This document shows positions 1 through 8,925 of a stretch of DNA of 54,740 nucleotides, piece by piece (within the stretch, counting starts at the first letter, position 1; every line of letters starts with the position of its first letter). Below the pieces are notes generated by a model that was not told the DNA's origin, searched no databases, and worked only from the letters and a program-made list of their open reading frames with translations. The stretch spans positions 1 through 54,740 of the forward strand of contig JASBUV010000164.1 in the NCBI GenBank assembly GCA_030147705.1. The letters run 5' to 3'. The translations under genes and the position numbers were made by a program. This stretch comes from Gammaproteobacteria bacterium (GTDB lineage Bacteria; Pseudomonadota; Gammaproteobacteria; Pseudomonadales; Pseudohongiellaceae).

Positions 1-7
1 GGCGCTG

Positions 8-976
8 CTAAACGGGCTTGCTATAAGGCAGTTGGATTTGCCTCAGCTCACTGCCGTCCTGCCCAGCAATTCTAAAAGTCGCGCGATTCTCTCGATCATC
101 CCCACCACCATTCTCAGCTACTTCGCTATCCACTACCGCGAAGAGCAACGATTCACTGCTGCCTGCCTTGCGACTATTGCTGACCTGCAACACAGGGAAG
201 CTCGTGTCTGCCGACTCGATTGCAGAAACATTTGCAGGAATGGGCGCTGGTGAGGCGAACAGATAGAGCCGCTTCTTGGCCTGGGCGCGATAGAACATGC
301 GCGCGACAACTTCCTGACCGGTATAGCAGCCTTTCTTGAAATTAATCACGCCGGAGATATCGTAATTCAACAGTTGCGGGGTGAACTCTTCTGACATTTG
401 CTCCGACACATGTATTTCGCCAGCGCGCATTTCTGTCCCCAACCAGTCATCCGTCGAGAGCTGCTCGAACTGCTGCAGCGCATCATGCAGTGGCTGGTTC
501 CCAGTGAAATCCCAGATTTCTATCCTGCTCAGCTCGTCGCCCGGCAGTATGATGCCAAGGCTATCATTGCTGACTACTTCACCTTTCGAGTCTGGGAAGG
601 AAGAGGGAAGGGCGGGGAGCAGGGCGGAGAGCTCTGCCGGGAGTGCAATTGGACTGCTTTCACTCAATAGTCCGTAGCAGCGGATTTCGCCACTTACGGC
701 ATCGAGTTTCACCTTGGAAAATACCGCATACTTTTGCAGTACCGCGACTATCTTCGCGGCCATGCCGGCTTGGGTCTGCAGCCAGATGTCTTCGCCGCGT
801 TCCAGCGCGCGAAAATCCGCGATTACCCTCCCTTTGAGGTTGCAGAGTGCACCCCGCAGGCTATTGTCTGGGGTGAGCTTGCCCATATCGCAGCTGACCT
901 GGCCTTGCAGGAACTTGTGACGGTCCTCACCACTAACGCGAACGAATTCATAATGGGATAACTCGAGGAAAAACAT
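8..976 (-). CDS. ygfZ: folate-binding tRNA-modification protein YgfZ (GcvT-like)
   Basis: ORF 8..1105(-) carries the YgfZ family signature KGCYTGQE near the C-terminus. It is divergent from sdhE, as in E. coli and Pseudomonas. I moved the start to the internal ATG (CAT at 974-976, MFFLELSHYEFVRVSG...) because the 43 upstream codons look non-family-like and run into the divergent promoter region. The start remains uncertain. Confidence 0.8.
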   Translation of the reverse strand: MFFLELSHYEFVRVSGEDRHKFLQGQVSCDMGKLTPDNSLRGALCNLKGRVIADFRALERGEDIWLQTQAGMAAKIVAVLQKYAVFSKVKLDAVSGEIRCYGLLSESSPIALPAELSALLPALPSSFPDSKGEVVSNDSLGIILPGDELSRIEIWDFTGNQPLHDALQQFEQLSTDDWLGTEMRAGEIHVSEQMSEEFTPQLLNYDISGVINFKKGCYTGQEVVARMFYRAQAKKRLYLFASPAPIPANVSAIESADTSFPVLQVSNSRKAGSSESLLFAVVDSEVAENGGGDDRENRATFRIAGQDGSELRQIQLPYSKPV

Positions 977-1133
977 GCAATCTCCGTTTGTGTTGGCAGT
1001 CCAGAACTGGCTACCGATGTATAAATACGCTTTAGGCCGGCAGTTTGCGGGCGCATTCAGAGTCGCATCAGCAGTCAATTTCAGCCATAATGCGCGCCTC
1101 TGCAAGCAAGCCTGCTGACGAATCCCCTATTAT

Positions 1134-1388
1134 ATGCCTGAATTCAACAAGCAAAAAATCTATTGGCACAGCCGACGTGGAATGCTGGAGCTGGATCTGC
1201 TGCTCATGCCATTTGCCCGCGAAGTTTTCGAAACTCTCAGCTCCCAAGATCAACAGTTATATATCGAACTCCTCGAACAAGAGGATCAGGACTTATTTGG
1301 CTGGCTCATGCAACGAGAGCAGCCGGAGCAAGAACACCTCAAGCCAATAATCAGCCGAATACTGGAACACAACGCCAACTCTGCCTAA
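1134..1388 (+). CDS. sdhE: FAD assembly factor SdhE (YgfY/CptB family)
   Basis: 84-aa ORF with the conserved SRRGMLELD (RGxxE) motif and the acidic helical tail typical of SdhE. It lies next to ygfZ and upstream of a YgfX-like membrane ORF. Confidence 0.85.
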   Translation: MPEFNKQKIYWHSRRGMLELDLLLMPFAREVFETLSSQDQQLYIELLEQEDQDLFGWLMQREQPEQEHLKPIISRILEHNANSA

Positions 1389-1392
1389 GCTT

Positions 1393-1410
1393 GAGACAAG
1401 GCCTTGTCTC
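1393..1410 (+). promoter_or_regulatory. perfect 18-bp palindrome GAGACAAGG/CCTTGTCTC between sdhE and ygfX-like ORF
   Basis: Read directly from the sequence. It starts 5 nt after the sdhE TAA (1386-1388) and ends 11 nt before the ATG at 1422. As RNA it would form a 7-bp stem with a GGCC loop. Confidence 0.6.
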
Positions 1411-1421
1411 CGGTGCGACCC

Positions 1422-1874
1422 ATGTTGCAGATTACATTACGGTGTTCGTGGCTGCTCCGGGCAGCTTATGGTCTGCTCCTTCTTGCTGCCGGTTTCGCGT
1501 CCATGCGATTGAGCGCAGTGCTGGCGCTCGACCTGTATTCCATTTCGTTTTTTGCCTGCTCGTATTTGCTGCTAGCATTCGTTTTGCTCTACAGAGTCTG
1601 TGGGGGTGAAACGATGATCACATTTGGCAAAGAATTCTGTTTGCTGGAGCACCGTGGCAGCGCGCAGCGAACCGAGCTGCCAAGAGTCCTGTTCGGCAGT
1701 GAATGGCTGCTGGTATTGAAGCTCCGACAACACGCCTCATGTCACCGTCGTAGCTTACACAGTTTACTCGCGGCTACTCGTTACCGCACAGTGCTGATAA
1801 CGCCAGGCAGCTGTAGCAAGCACCAGTTATGGCAACTGCGTTGCTACCTGCAGACGATGGCGCTGACCACCTGA
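1422..1874 (+). CDS. putative inner-membrane protein, YgfX/CptA-like (DUF1434-type)
   Basis: ORF 1404..1874. The N-terminal half has two hydrophobic segments (LLRAAYGLLLLAAGFA and ISFFACSYLLLAFVLLY). The C-terminal half is Arg/Trp-rich. The position immediately after sdhE matches E. coli ygfY-ygfX. Start set at ATG 1422; TTG 1404 is also possible. Assignment rests on architecture and synteny, not strong motifs. Confidence 0.5.
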   Translation: MLQITLRCSWLLRAAYGLLLLAAGFASMRLSAVLALDLYSISFFACSYLLLAFVLLYRVCGGETMITFGKEFCLLEHRGSAQRTELPRVLFGSEWLLVLKLRQHASCHRRSLHSLLAATRYRTVLITPGSCSKHQLWQLRCYLQTMALTT

Positions 1875-1886
1875 GCAATCGCACGT

Positions 1887-3530
1887 TCAGCGAGGCGGTG
1901 CAAGAATCGTATCGACAGCCTCATCGTTCATCTCGGGATAATCCAGCGTGAAATGTAATCCGCGACTCTCTTTGCGTTGCAGAGCCGAGGTGATAATGAG
2001 TTCAGCTACCAGAGCGAGGTTGCGCAATTCGAGGTTGTCATTGCTCACCTTGTGGCGAATATAGTAATCCCGAATTTCCTCGCGCAGCAGGCGGATCCTG
2101 CTTTCTGCTCGCTGCAGTCGCTTCGTGGTGCGTACGATGCCAACAAAATCCCACATGAAACGCCTGATCTCATCCCAGTCGTGTGAGACAAGGACTTCAT
2201 CATCGGAGTCGGTGACCTGACTCTCGTCCCATTCGGCGAGTTGCTCAACAAGTGGCGTGCGGTCGATTTTTTCAATGATGCTTTGCGCGGCACCAAAAGC
2301 AATCACGAAGCATTCGAGCAAGGAGTTACTCGCCATGCGATTCGCGCCATGCAAGCCGCTGAAACAGGTTTCGCCGATTGCGTAGAGGTTTTCTATATCG
2401 GTCTCGCCTCGCGTATTCACCATGACACCACCGCAGGTGTAATGTGCGGCAGGCACAACGGGAATTCGATCGGTAGTGATATCGATGCCGAAGCTGAGAC
2501 AGCGCTCATAGATAGTCGGGAAGTGATCTTTGATGAAAGTTGGATCCTTGTGACTGATATTCAGGAATACGCAGTCGCATCCCAGACGCTTCATTTCGTG
2601 GTCGATCGCTCGTGCAACTACATCCCGGGGTGCCAGTTCTTCTCTTTTGTCAAACTGCGGCATGAAGCGCGTTCCGTCAGGGAGTTCAAGCGTGGCGCCT
2701 TCGCCTCTCAAGGCTTCCGTGATCAGGAATGACTTGGCATGCGGGTGGTAGAGACAAGTCGGATGAAACTGGTTGAACTCCATGTTTGCTACGCGGCAGC
2801 CAGCGCGCCACGCCATGGCGATCCCGTCACCGCTGGCACCATCCGGATTGGTGGTATAGAGATAGGCCTTGCTCGCGCCTCCTGTTGCCAATGCCACGAA
2901 GCGTGCGCGAATTGTTTCTACTCGACCCGATTCCTGATTCAGCACATACACGCCCACGCAACGCTTGGTAGTGCTGTCGGGAGGCGATTGCGTAATCAGA
3001 TCGACCGCCGTGCAGCTTTCCAGCAGTCGAATATTGGGATGCTTCGCCGCTTGCTGTTGCAATGCCTCGAACACTGCTTTCCCGGTTGCATCAGTCGCGT
3101 GAATGATCCGGCGATGACTGTGTCCGCCTTCCTGGGTCAGATGCAGAGAGCTGAGATCATTGGCAGTGGGACTGCTACTGCTTTTTGACGACTGCGTTCC
3201 GGCACGTGTTGTGAAGGGAACTCCCTGCGCGACCAGCCAGCGCACCGCCTCGGCGCTGTGCGCAACGGTATGTTCGACCACTTCCCGATGACAAAGCCCA
3301 ACACCTGCGGTCAGCGTGTCTTCCACATGTGACTCGATACTATCGGTTTCATCCAGCACAGCCGCGATGCCGCCCTGCGCATAGAATGTTGCTCCTTCCC
3401 GCAAGTCTCCCTTGCTGAGCACCGTGACTCGCGCTTTGTCGGCACTGCGTAAGGCGAGTGTGAGGCCCGCTGCCCCACTGCCTATGATCAGCAGGTCGGT
3501 ATCATTGCTTGTGGCGTTTTCTGTTTGCAT
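1887..3530 (-). CDS. nadB: L-aspartate oxidase
   Basis: 547 aa. It has an N-terminal FAD dinucleotide-binding motif ([16 protein letters not shown]) and fumarate reductase/succinate dehydrogenase flavoprotein-like sequence throughout. It is divergent from rpoE, as in E. coli and Pseudomonas. Confidence 0.95.
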   Translation of the reverse strand: MQTENATSNDTDLLIIGSGAAGLTLALRSADKARVTVLSKGDLREGATFYAQGGIAAVLDETDSIESHVEDTLTAGVGLCHREVVEHTVAHSAEAVRWLVAQGVPFTTRAGTQSSKSSSSPTANDLSSLHLTQEGGHSHRRIIHATDATGKAVFEALQQQAAKHPNIRLLESCTAVDLITQSPPDSTTKRCVGVYVLNQESGRVETIRARFVALATGGASKAYLYTTNPDGASGDGIAMAWRAGCRVANMEFNQFHPTCLYHPHAKSFLITEALRGEGATLELPDGTRFMPQFDKREELAPRDVVARAIDHEMKRLGCDCVFLNISHKDPTFIKDHFPTIYERCLSFGIDITTDRIPVVPAAHYTCGGVMVNTRGETDIENLYAIGETCFSGLHGANRMASNSLLECFVIAFGAAQSIIEKIDRTPLVEQLAEWDESQVTDSDDEVLVSHDWDEIRRFMWDFVGIVRTTKRLQRAESRIRLLREEIRDYYIRHKVSNDNLELRNLALVAELIITSALQRKESRGLHFTLDYPEMNDEAVDTILAPPR

Positions 3531-3678
3531 AGATCACAACATCTCATCAAATAACGAGCGGGAGAATGGTCGTCACGGTATCATTCGAATTGAGGATGCC
3601 AATCGGGCAAGACCGATCTTCGCTGACGATTCGCATCCCTGATTGGCAGCGAAGGTAGCGTATTCTTTACGATTTTGA

Positions 3679-3705
3679 GAACTTTTGCAGCACTGGCTGG
3701 TCTAT
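3679..3705 (+). promoter_or_regulatory. candidate sigma-E (AlgU/RpoE)-dependent promoter upstream of rpoE
   Basis: GAACTT (3679-3684), a 16-nt spacer, then TCTAT (3701-3705). This matches the published GAACTT-N16/17-TCnnA ECF sigma-E/AlgU consensus. It lies about 100 nt upstream of the rpoE ATG. Confidence 0.5.
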
Positions 3706-3807
3706 GCAGCATGACTTATGTATCTGTTCCATTTCGATCGGCCTGGACGCCATCGAGGTCGCGTTAGCGAATCGGATGGGTAGCAGCGCGAAACGGAGTT
3801 GGAGCAA

Positions 3808-4377
3808 ATGACAGAAGTTACCGATCAACAACTTGTTGAACGGGTGCTTGCAGGCAATAAAAATGCCTTCAATTTGTTGGTATTGCGATACCAGCACCGC
3901 GTCGCGGCTCTCATCAGTCGCTTTGTGCACGATCCCCAGGAAGCTGAAGACGTCTGTCAGGAAGCGTTTATCAAAGCGTATCGCGCGCTACGCTTGTTCA
4001 GGGGAGACAGTGCGTTCTACACCTGGCTTTATCGCATTGCGGTTAATACGGCCAAGAATTATCTGGTTTCCCGTAATCGGCGTCCCCCAGCCAGTGATGT
4101 CGATATCAATGATGCCGAAGTGAGCGAAATTGGCACTAATCTGAGGGATATCGAAAACCCGGAAGGCAGCCTGCAAACAGAGATGCTTAAGCAGGCCATC
4201 CATGACGCGATCGAAGAGTTGCCTGACGATTTGCGCACCGCATTCACCCTGCGCGAGTTCTCCGGCCTGAGCTACGAGGACATTACAGAGGTCATGGACT
4301 GTCCGGTGGGAACAGTGCGCTCGAGAATCTTCAGGGCTCGCGAAGCCATTGATAAAAAAATCAAGGATATCATATAG
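3808..4377 (+). CDS. rpoE: ECF RNA polymerase sigma factor RpoE/AlgU
   Basis: MTEVTDQQLVERVLAGNKNAFNLLVLRYQHRV... is near-collinear with E. coli RpoE and P. aeruginosa AlgU. The region 4.2 motif VGTVRSRIFRAREAI is present. Start set at ATG 3808 with GGAG 10 nt upstream; the ORF track starts at TTG 3799. Confidence 0.95.
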   Translation: MTEVTDQQLVERVLAGNKNAFNLLVLRYQHRVAALISRFVHDPQEAEDVCQEAFIKAYRALRLFRGDSAFYTWLYRIAVNTAKNYLVSRNRRPPASDVDINDAEVSEIGTNLRDIENPEGSLQTEMLKQAIHDAIEELPDDLRTAFTLREFSGLSYEDITEVMDCPVGTVRSRIFRAREAIDKKIKDII

Positions 4378-4477
4378 ATAGAGCTTGTCTGCTGGAGCGG
4401 TTGCCAGCGAGCAATGCGCTGCAGAAGCGTTGCTGAAACAATCGCGGAGAAAATTGGAAAAAAAATGCAATGGCGGT

Positions 4478-4504
4478 GAACTTTTGTGAAGTGCACCTGT
4501 CTTA
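4478..4504 (+). promoter_or_regulatory. second candidate sigma-E-type promoter, in the rpoE-rseA spacer
   Basis: GAACTT (4478-4483), a 16-nt spacer, then TCTTA (4500-4504). It shares the extended GAACTTTTG string with the motif at 3679. It lies about 125 nt upstream of the rseA ATG. Confidence 0.45.
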
Positions 4505-4628
4505 ATTGCTAACGATCAGCTGCGAGACCGCGGTTGATCGGTTAAGCTGTTGCAAGCAAGTGTTGCCTATATCGGTCATATGACTAAGCTCACAGCAGCG
4601 CTTGTCGCTTAAATTAGAGGATTTGTGC

Positions 4629-5213
4629 ATGCATCAAACCGGAAATGAAGCACTTTCTGCGTTACTGGACGGTGAAGCGGACGAACTGGAACTTCGTCGT
4701 CTGCTGAAATCTCTGGATTCTGATTCAGAGAGCGCGGAAGAATTGCTACGCCAGTGGCAGCGCTTTCATTTGGCTCAGGATGTACTGCACGACCGGGGTG
4801 TTCCGGTGAGCGATTCCTTGCTCGGACGCATCAATGCGCAGTTGGAGTCAGAAGAGCAGTACGCTTCAGCAGTGGCCGCTCCTCAGTCTGGCTGGCAAAG
4901 CACGATTTCCAGACTTGCCATTGCAGCCTGCGTTGCCGTAGTTGCTGTAGTTGCCCTGCAGGTCGATACCAATCCCACAGCGCCTGGCTCGATGCTGGCA
5001 GGTGATTCCCAGTCACGCGATGAATTGCAGCCTCAAGAGGAGTTGCAGCCCACCCTTCTGGCGGAAAGTGAGCAATTCGCTGTTGATCCAGCAGCCGAGG
5101 CACGCCTGCGCTTGTTCCTGGAAGGTATTTCCATTGATGTTGCCGAGCCTATCGTGACCGAGCAAATCAAGGATTCGCCGCTGTTCAGGTTGGTTAATCA
5201 ACGACAAGACTGA
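4629..5213 (+). CDS. rseA: anti-sigma-E factor RseA/MucA
   Basis: The N-terminus EALSALLDGEADELELRRLL...WQRFHLAQDVL matches the RseA N-terminal sigma-E-binding domain. There is a single TM segment (LAIAACVAVVAVVAL) and a short periplasmic tail. Start set at ATG 4629 with AGAGGA 8 nt upstream. Confidence 0.8.
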   Translation: MHQTGNEALSALLDGEADELELRRLLKSLDSDSESAEELLRQWQRFHLAQDVLHDRGVPVSDSLLGRINAQLESEEQYASAVAAPQSGWQSTISRLAIAACVAVVAVVALQVDTNPTAPGSMLAGDSQSRDELQPQEELQPTLLAESEQFAVDPAAEARLRLFLEGISIDVAEPIVTEQIKDSPLFRLVNQRQD

Positions 5214-5466
5214 TCCCTGTTTCTGACCTGGTCAGGACCCAAACCAGCGCCCTATGCGCGCTTGATGCAGAACAGCTTCCCCACCAGTCTCCGGATATCT
5301 GGCTGCGATACGCGCCAACTTCCCTTGCGACGATTCCTCATTCGCTCCTGATTCATCATTCTTAATTTCCCCGGTCAGTCCTGAAAGTGCTTCTGGCCGC
5401 CGCGATTGAAGGCTTTTCACTTCAGTTAAGGCGCTCTTATGCCGTTGATGTGTAGACAATTCTCCC

Positions 5467-5475
5467 TGTTATACT
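5467..5475 (+). promoter_or_regulatory. possible extended -10 promoter (TGTTATACT) ahead of mucD
   Basis: TG-N-TATACT at 5467-5475, about 100 nt upstream of the mucD ATG. A weaker sigma-E-like CAACTT-N16-TCATT also occurs at 5316-5342. Both are pattern matches only. Confidence 0.3.
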
Positions 5476-5576
5476 TGCCGAATCTATCGAGATAGGGCAG
5501 GGTTCAGTCCCAACAGTTGTGCAGGCATTGCCAGCATAGGCTCAAGGCAGCGCATCAGCAGAGGTCTAGCGAATTT

Positions 5577-6986
5577 ATGTTTACTTTCCTTTTCAAGGCG
5601 ACATTCAGACTCATAGCAATCGCGATGATTGGTATTGCTGGCAGTGTGCACGCTGCGGAGCTTCCGAATTTTGCTGAGCTGGTGGAAGACAACGCAGCGA
5701 CTATTGTGGAAATCTCCACGACGCGAAGAATCACCACCGGCGCTCCCGTAAATGACGAAGAGCTGGAAAACCTGTTACGTCGCCTCAATCCGGGGCAGGA
5801 TCCAGACTTCGATCTGGATCAGTTGCCAGAACGGCGGAGAACCGGAGCAGTAGGTTCGGGGTTTCTGATTTCCTCAGACGGATACATCATCACCAACAAT
5901 CATGTGGTTGTTGGCGCCGAAGAAATCCAGGTGCATCTGAATGATCGCCGCATGTACATCGCCACGATTGTTGGTCTGGACGAGCCTTCCGATCTGGCGC
6001 TGTTGAAGATCGATGGCGCTGATCTGCCTTTCGTCACGTTCGGAGATTCAGATTCTCTTCGTGTGGGAGAGTGGGTGCTGGCGATTGGTTCACCTTTCGG
6101 GCTGGAATTTTCAGCAGCCGCCGGCATTGTCAGCGCGATGGGGCGCTCGATTCCCGGTCGGTCCTCGTATAACTACATGTCATTTATTCAAACCGATGTA
6201 GCTATCAATCAGGGCAATTCGGGCGGACCGCTGTTCAATCTGGACGGTGAAGTGATAGGTATCAACTCGCAGATACTGAGTAGCACGGGCGGGTCCAACG
6301 GTATTTCCTTCTCCATTCCGAGCAATGTTGCGATGAACGTGGTCAATCAACTGCAGGAGACCGGCCGCGTTGAAAGAGGCTTGTTGGGCGTTCGCATGCG
6401 GGAAGTGGATTACGCACTGGCTGAGATCTTCGGTATGGAGCGGCCACTGGGAGCGTTCGTAGATGAAGTGCAGCCTGGTAGTCCCGCGGCCAATGGTGGC
6501 ATTGAGAATGAAGATATTATCCTGCAGTTCAACGGTCATTCGATTGAGTACTTCACCGATTTGCCGTTCTATGTTGGTCAATACAAGCCCGGTACCGAAG
6601 CGGAAGTCATGCTGTATCGCAATGGCGAACTGCATGAGCTCATTGTGGTGCTGGGTGATTCGCCTACCAATGAGATTGCGCAGACAGAACAGCCAACCAT
6701 TCGCGATCGGCGCAACCCGCTCGGTTTTCGCGTCAGTGAACTCAGCGATGAGACACGGCAGGTGGCCGGGATCAGCGGGGTTCGTATAGCGGAAATCAAT
6801 GAAGGCCCGGGTCGCGAAGCCGGCTTGCAAGAAGGCGATGTAATCGTTTCGCTGAATCGTCAGGCTATCAATTCGACTGAGGATTTTGCTGCTATCGCGG
6901 CGCAACTCCCGGTCGCCGGATTCGTGCCTATCAGAATCATCCGGGAAGGACAGGGCACGACTCTCGCACTGGAGTTGCGGCCCTGA
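5577..6986 (+). CDS. mucD: periplasmic serine endoprotease DegP/MucD (HtrA family, two PDZ domains)
   Basis: Signal peptide MFTFLFKATFRLIAIAMIGIAGSVHA, trypsin-like core with TNNHVV, DLALLK and GNSGGPL catalytic motifs, and two PDZ-like C-terminal repeats. Start set at ATG 5577 (M21 of the ORF track). Confidence 0.9.
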   Translation: MFTFLFKATFRLIAIAMIGIAGSVHAAELPNFAELVEDNAATIVEISTTRRITTGAPVNDEELENLLRRLNPGQDPDFDLDQLPERRRTGAVGSGFLISSDGYIITNNHVVVGAEEIQVHLNDRRMYIATIVGLDEPSDLALLKIDGADLPFVTFGDSDSLRVGEWVLAIGSPFGLEFSAAAGIVSAMGRSIPGRSSYNYMSFIQTDVAINQGNSGGPLFNLDGEVIGINSQILSSTGGSNGISFSIPSNVAMNVVNQLQETGRVERGLLGVRMREVDYALAEIFGMERPLGAFVDEVQPGSPAANGGIENEDIILQFNGHSIEYFTDLPFYVGQYKPGTEAEVMLYRNGELHELIVVLGDSPTNEIAQTEQPTIRDRRNPLGFRVSELSDETRQVAGISGVRIAEINEGPGREAGLQEGDVIVSLNRQAINSTEDFAAIAAQLPVAGFVPIRIIREGQGTTLALELRP

Positions 6987-6997
6987 TCTGCCGCTTT

Positions 6998-7018
6998 GGC
7001 GGCCTGCTCGCGGCCGCC
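6998..7018 (+). terminator. GC-rich hairpin after mucD (possible terminator)
   Basis: GGCGGCC (6998-7004) pairs with GGCCGCC (7012-7018) around a 7-nt loop. The T-run (7030-7034) is 11 nt downstream of the stem, so this is not a textbook intrinsic terminator. Confidence 0.35.
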
Positions 7019-7034
7019 GAAGCCGATGATTTTT

Positions 7035-7063
7035 CTGACACTTTTTGGTGAATGCTGTAGAAT
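7035..7063 (+). promoter_or_regulatory. candidate sigma-70 promoter for lepA-lepB operon
   Basis: CTGACA (7035-7040), a 17-nt spacer, then TAGAAT (7058-7063), followed by a GC-rich discriminator GCGCGC. Confidence 0.4.
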
Positions 7064-7123
7064 TGCGCGCTTTGCTTTTTCAACCGGCGGAGAACCTCCG
7101 CAGCATTTGAGTCGCGCCATCCA

Positions 7124-8923
7124 GTGTCTGATCTAAGTCATATTCGAAATTTCTCCATTATTGCCCACATCGATCACGGCAAGTCCACGCTTGCGGATCG
7201 CTTTATCCAGGTCTGCGGAGGGTTGAGCGAGCGTGAGATGGCCGAGCAGATTCTCGATAGTCTCGACATCGAGCGAGAGCGGGGCATCACCATCAAGGCG
7301 CACAGTGTCACGCTGTACTACGATGCCAGAGATGGCAAGCGCTATCAGTTGAATTTTATCGACACGCCCGGCCACGTTGACTTCACCTACGAGGTGTCTC
7401 GGTCATTGGCTGCGTGCGAAGGTGCCTTGCTGGTGGTTGATGCCGGTCAGGGAGTGGAAGCGCAGTCGGTCGCCACGTGTTATACCGCTATTGAGCAAGA
7501 CCTCGAAGTGATTCCCGTCCTGAACAAGATCGATCTGCCGCAAGCAGAACCTGATCGTGTGCGGCAGGAGATCGAAGAAATTATCGGTCTGGACGCCAGC
7601 GATGCAGTGATGGCAAGCGCAAAGACGGGGCTCGGTGTCGAGGACATACTTGAGCAGATCGTTGCCAAAATTCCACCGCCAACCGGAGAGCGTGACGGTA
7701 ACCTGCAGGCCTTGATCATCGATTCCTGGTTCGACAATTATCTCGGCGTTGTGTCTCTGGTGCGCGTCGTATCGGGAACCTTGAAAAAAGGCGACAAAAT
7801 CGTGGCCAAGTCTATCGGCAAAGCGCATGTCGTGGATCATGTGGGTGTATTTACTCCCAAGCGCACGAATTTGCCTCAGCTTGCCGCGGGCGAGGTGGGC
7901 TATGTGATCGCCGGCATCAAGGATATTCATGGTGCCCCGGTCGGCGATACGCTGACCTTGTCATCGACACCAGACGTGGCAGCGCTGTCCGGATTCCGCC
8001 GTATCAAGCCACAGGTCTACGCAGGATTGTTCCCGGTTTCGTCTGATGATTTCGAAGATTTTCGCGACGCGCTCGAGAAACTGACTCTCAATGATGCGTC
8101 ACTGCAGTACGAACCGGAAAACTCGGATGCTCTGGGATTTGGCTTTCGCTGCGGGTTCCTGGGCATGCTACACATGGAGATCATTCAGGAACGCCTTGAG
8201 CGAGAATATGATCTCTCCCTGATCACCACTGCGCCAACCGTGGTCTATGAAGTGCAATTGACCAGTGGCGAAGTGATCAATGTCGACAGTCCTTCGCACT
8301 TGCCTGCAACGAACGATATCGAGCAAATGCGTGAGCCGATCGTGCTGGCCAACATACTGGTTCCTCAGGAACATCTGGGTAACGTAATCATGTTGTGCGA
8401 GCAGAAACGTGGCGAGCAGAAAGATATGCAGTTCATGGGCAGACAGGTCTCATTGAGTTACGAACTGCCGATGAACGAAGTAGTGCTGGACTTTTTCGAC
8501 AGATTAAAGTCGGTCAGCCGTGGCTATGCTTCGTTGGACTATCACTTTGTGCGCTTCGAGCCAGCCAGCCTTGTGCGTTTGGATATCCTCATCAATGGCG
8601 ATAGAGTAGACGCTCTGGCGCTGATCGTGCACCGCGAACACGCACAGAGCAAAGGGCGGTTGCTGGTCGAGAAGATGAAAGAACTAATCCCGAGGCAGCT
8701 TTATGATGTAGCGATTCAGGCGGCCATTGGCGGGCAGATTATCGCGCGATCGACAGTGAAGGCGTTACGCAAGAATGTGACTGCCAAGTGCTATGGCGGC
8801 GACGTCACGCGCAAGAAGAAACTACTCGAGAAACAGAAAGCGGGTAAGAAACGCATGAAACAGGTAGGTAGTGTAGAGGTGCCTCAGGAAGCGTTTCTCG
8901 CCGTACTGAAAATGGAAAGCTAG
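7124..8923 (+). CDS. lepA: elongation factor 4 (LepA)
   Basis: 599 aa with a GTG start. GTPase motifs [14 protein letters not shown] and NKID are present, along with the LepA-specific C-terminal domain. Confidence 0.97.
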   Translation: MSDLSHIRNFSIIAHIDHGKSTLADRFIQVCGGLSEREMAEQILDSLDIERERGITIKAHSVTLYYDARDGKRYQLNFIDTPGHVDFTYEVSRSLAACEGALLVVDAGQGVEAQSVATCYTAIEQDLEVIPVLNKIDLPQAEPDRVRQEIEEIIGLDASDAVMASAKTGLGVEDILEQIVAKIPPPTGERDGNLQALIIDSWFDNYLGVVSLVRVVSGTLKKGDKIVAKSIGKAHVVDHVGVFTPKRTNLPQLAAGEVGYVIAGIKDIHGAPVGDTLTLSSTPDVAALSGFRRIKPQVYAGLFPVSSDDFEDFRDALEKLTLNDASLQYEPENSDALGFGFRCGFLGMLHMEIIQERLEREYDLSLITTAPTVVYEVQLTSGEVINVDSPSHLPATNDIEQMREPIVLANILVPQEHLGNVIMLCEQKRGEQKDMQFMGRQVSLSYELPMNEVVLDFFDRLKSVSRGYASLDYHFVRFEPASLVRLDILINGDRVDALALIVHREHAQSKGRLLVEKMKELIPRQLYDVAIQAAIGGQIIARSTVKALRKNVTAKCYGGDVTRKKKLLEKQKAGKKRMKQVGSVEVPQEAFLAVLKMES

Positions 8924-8925
8924 TT

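Noticed and set aside
3988-4496. Antisense ORFs overlapping rpoE: 160 aa (3988-4470) and 74 aa (4272-4496).
   Set aside because: They are shadow ORFs opposite a strongly conserved gene, with no independent signals and no family-like sequence.
5232-5459. 75-aa minus-strand ORF in the rseA-mucD spacer, considered as a possible small gene or a mucB remnant.
   Set aside because: It is on the wrong strand for a mucB remnant. It has no SD, no signal peptide and no recognisable family features. I could not see RseB-like sequence in any plus-strand frame by eye, but a tblastn search is needed to be sure.
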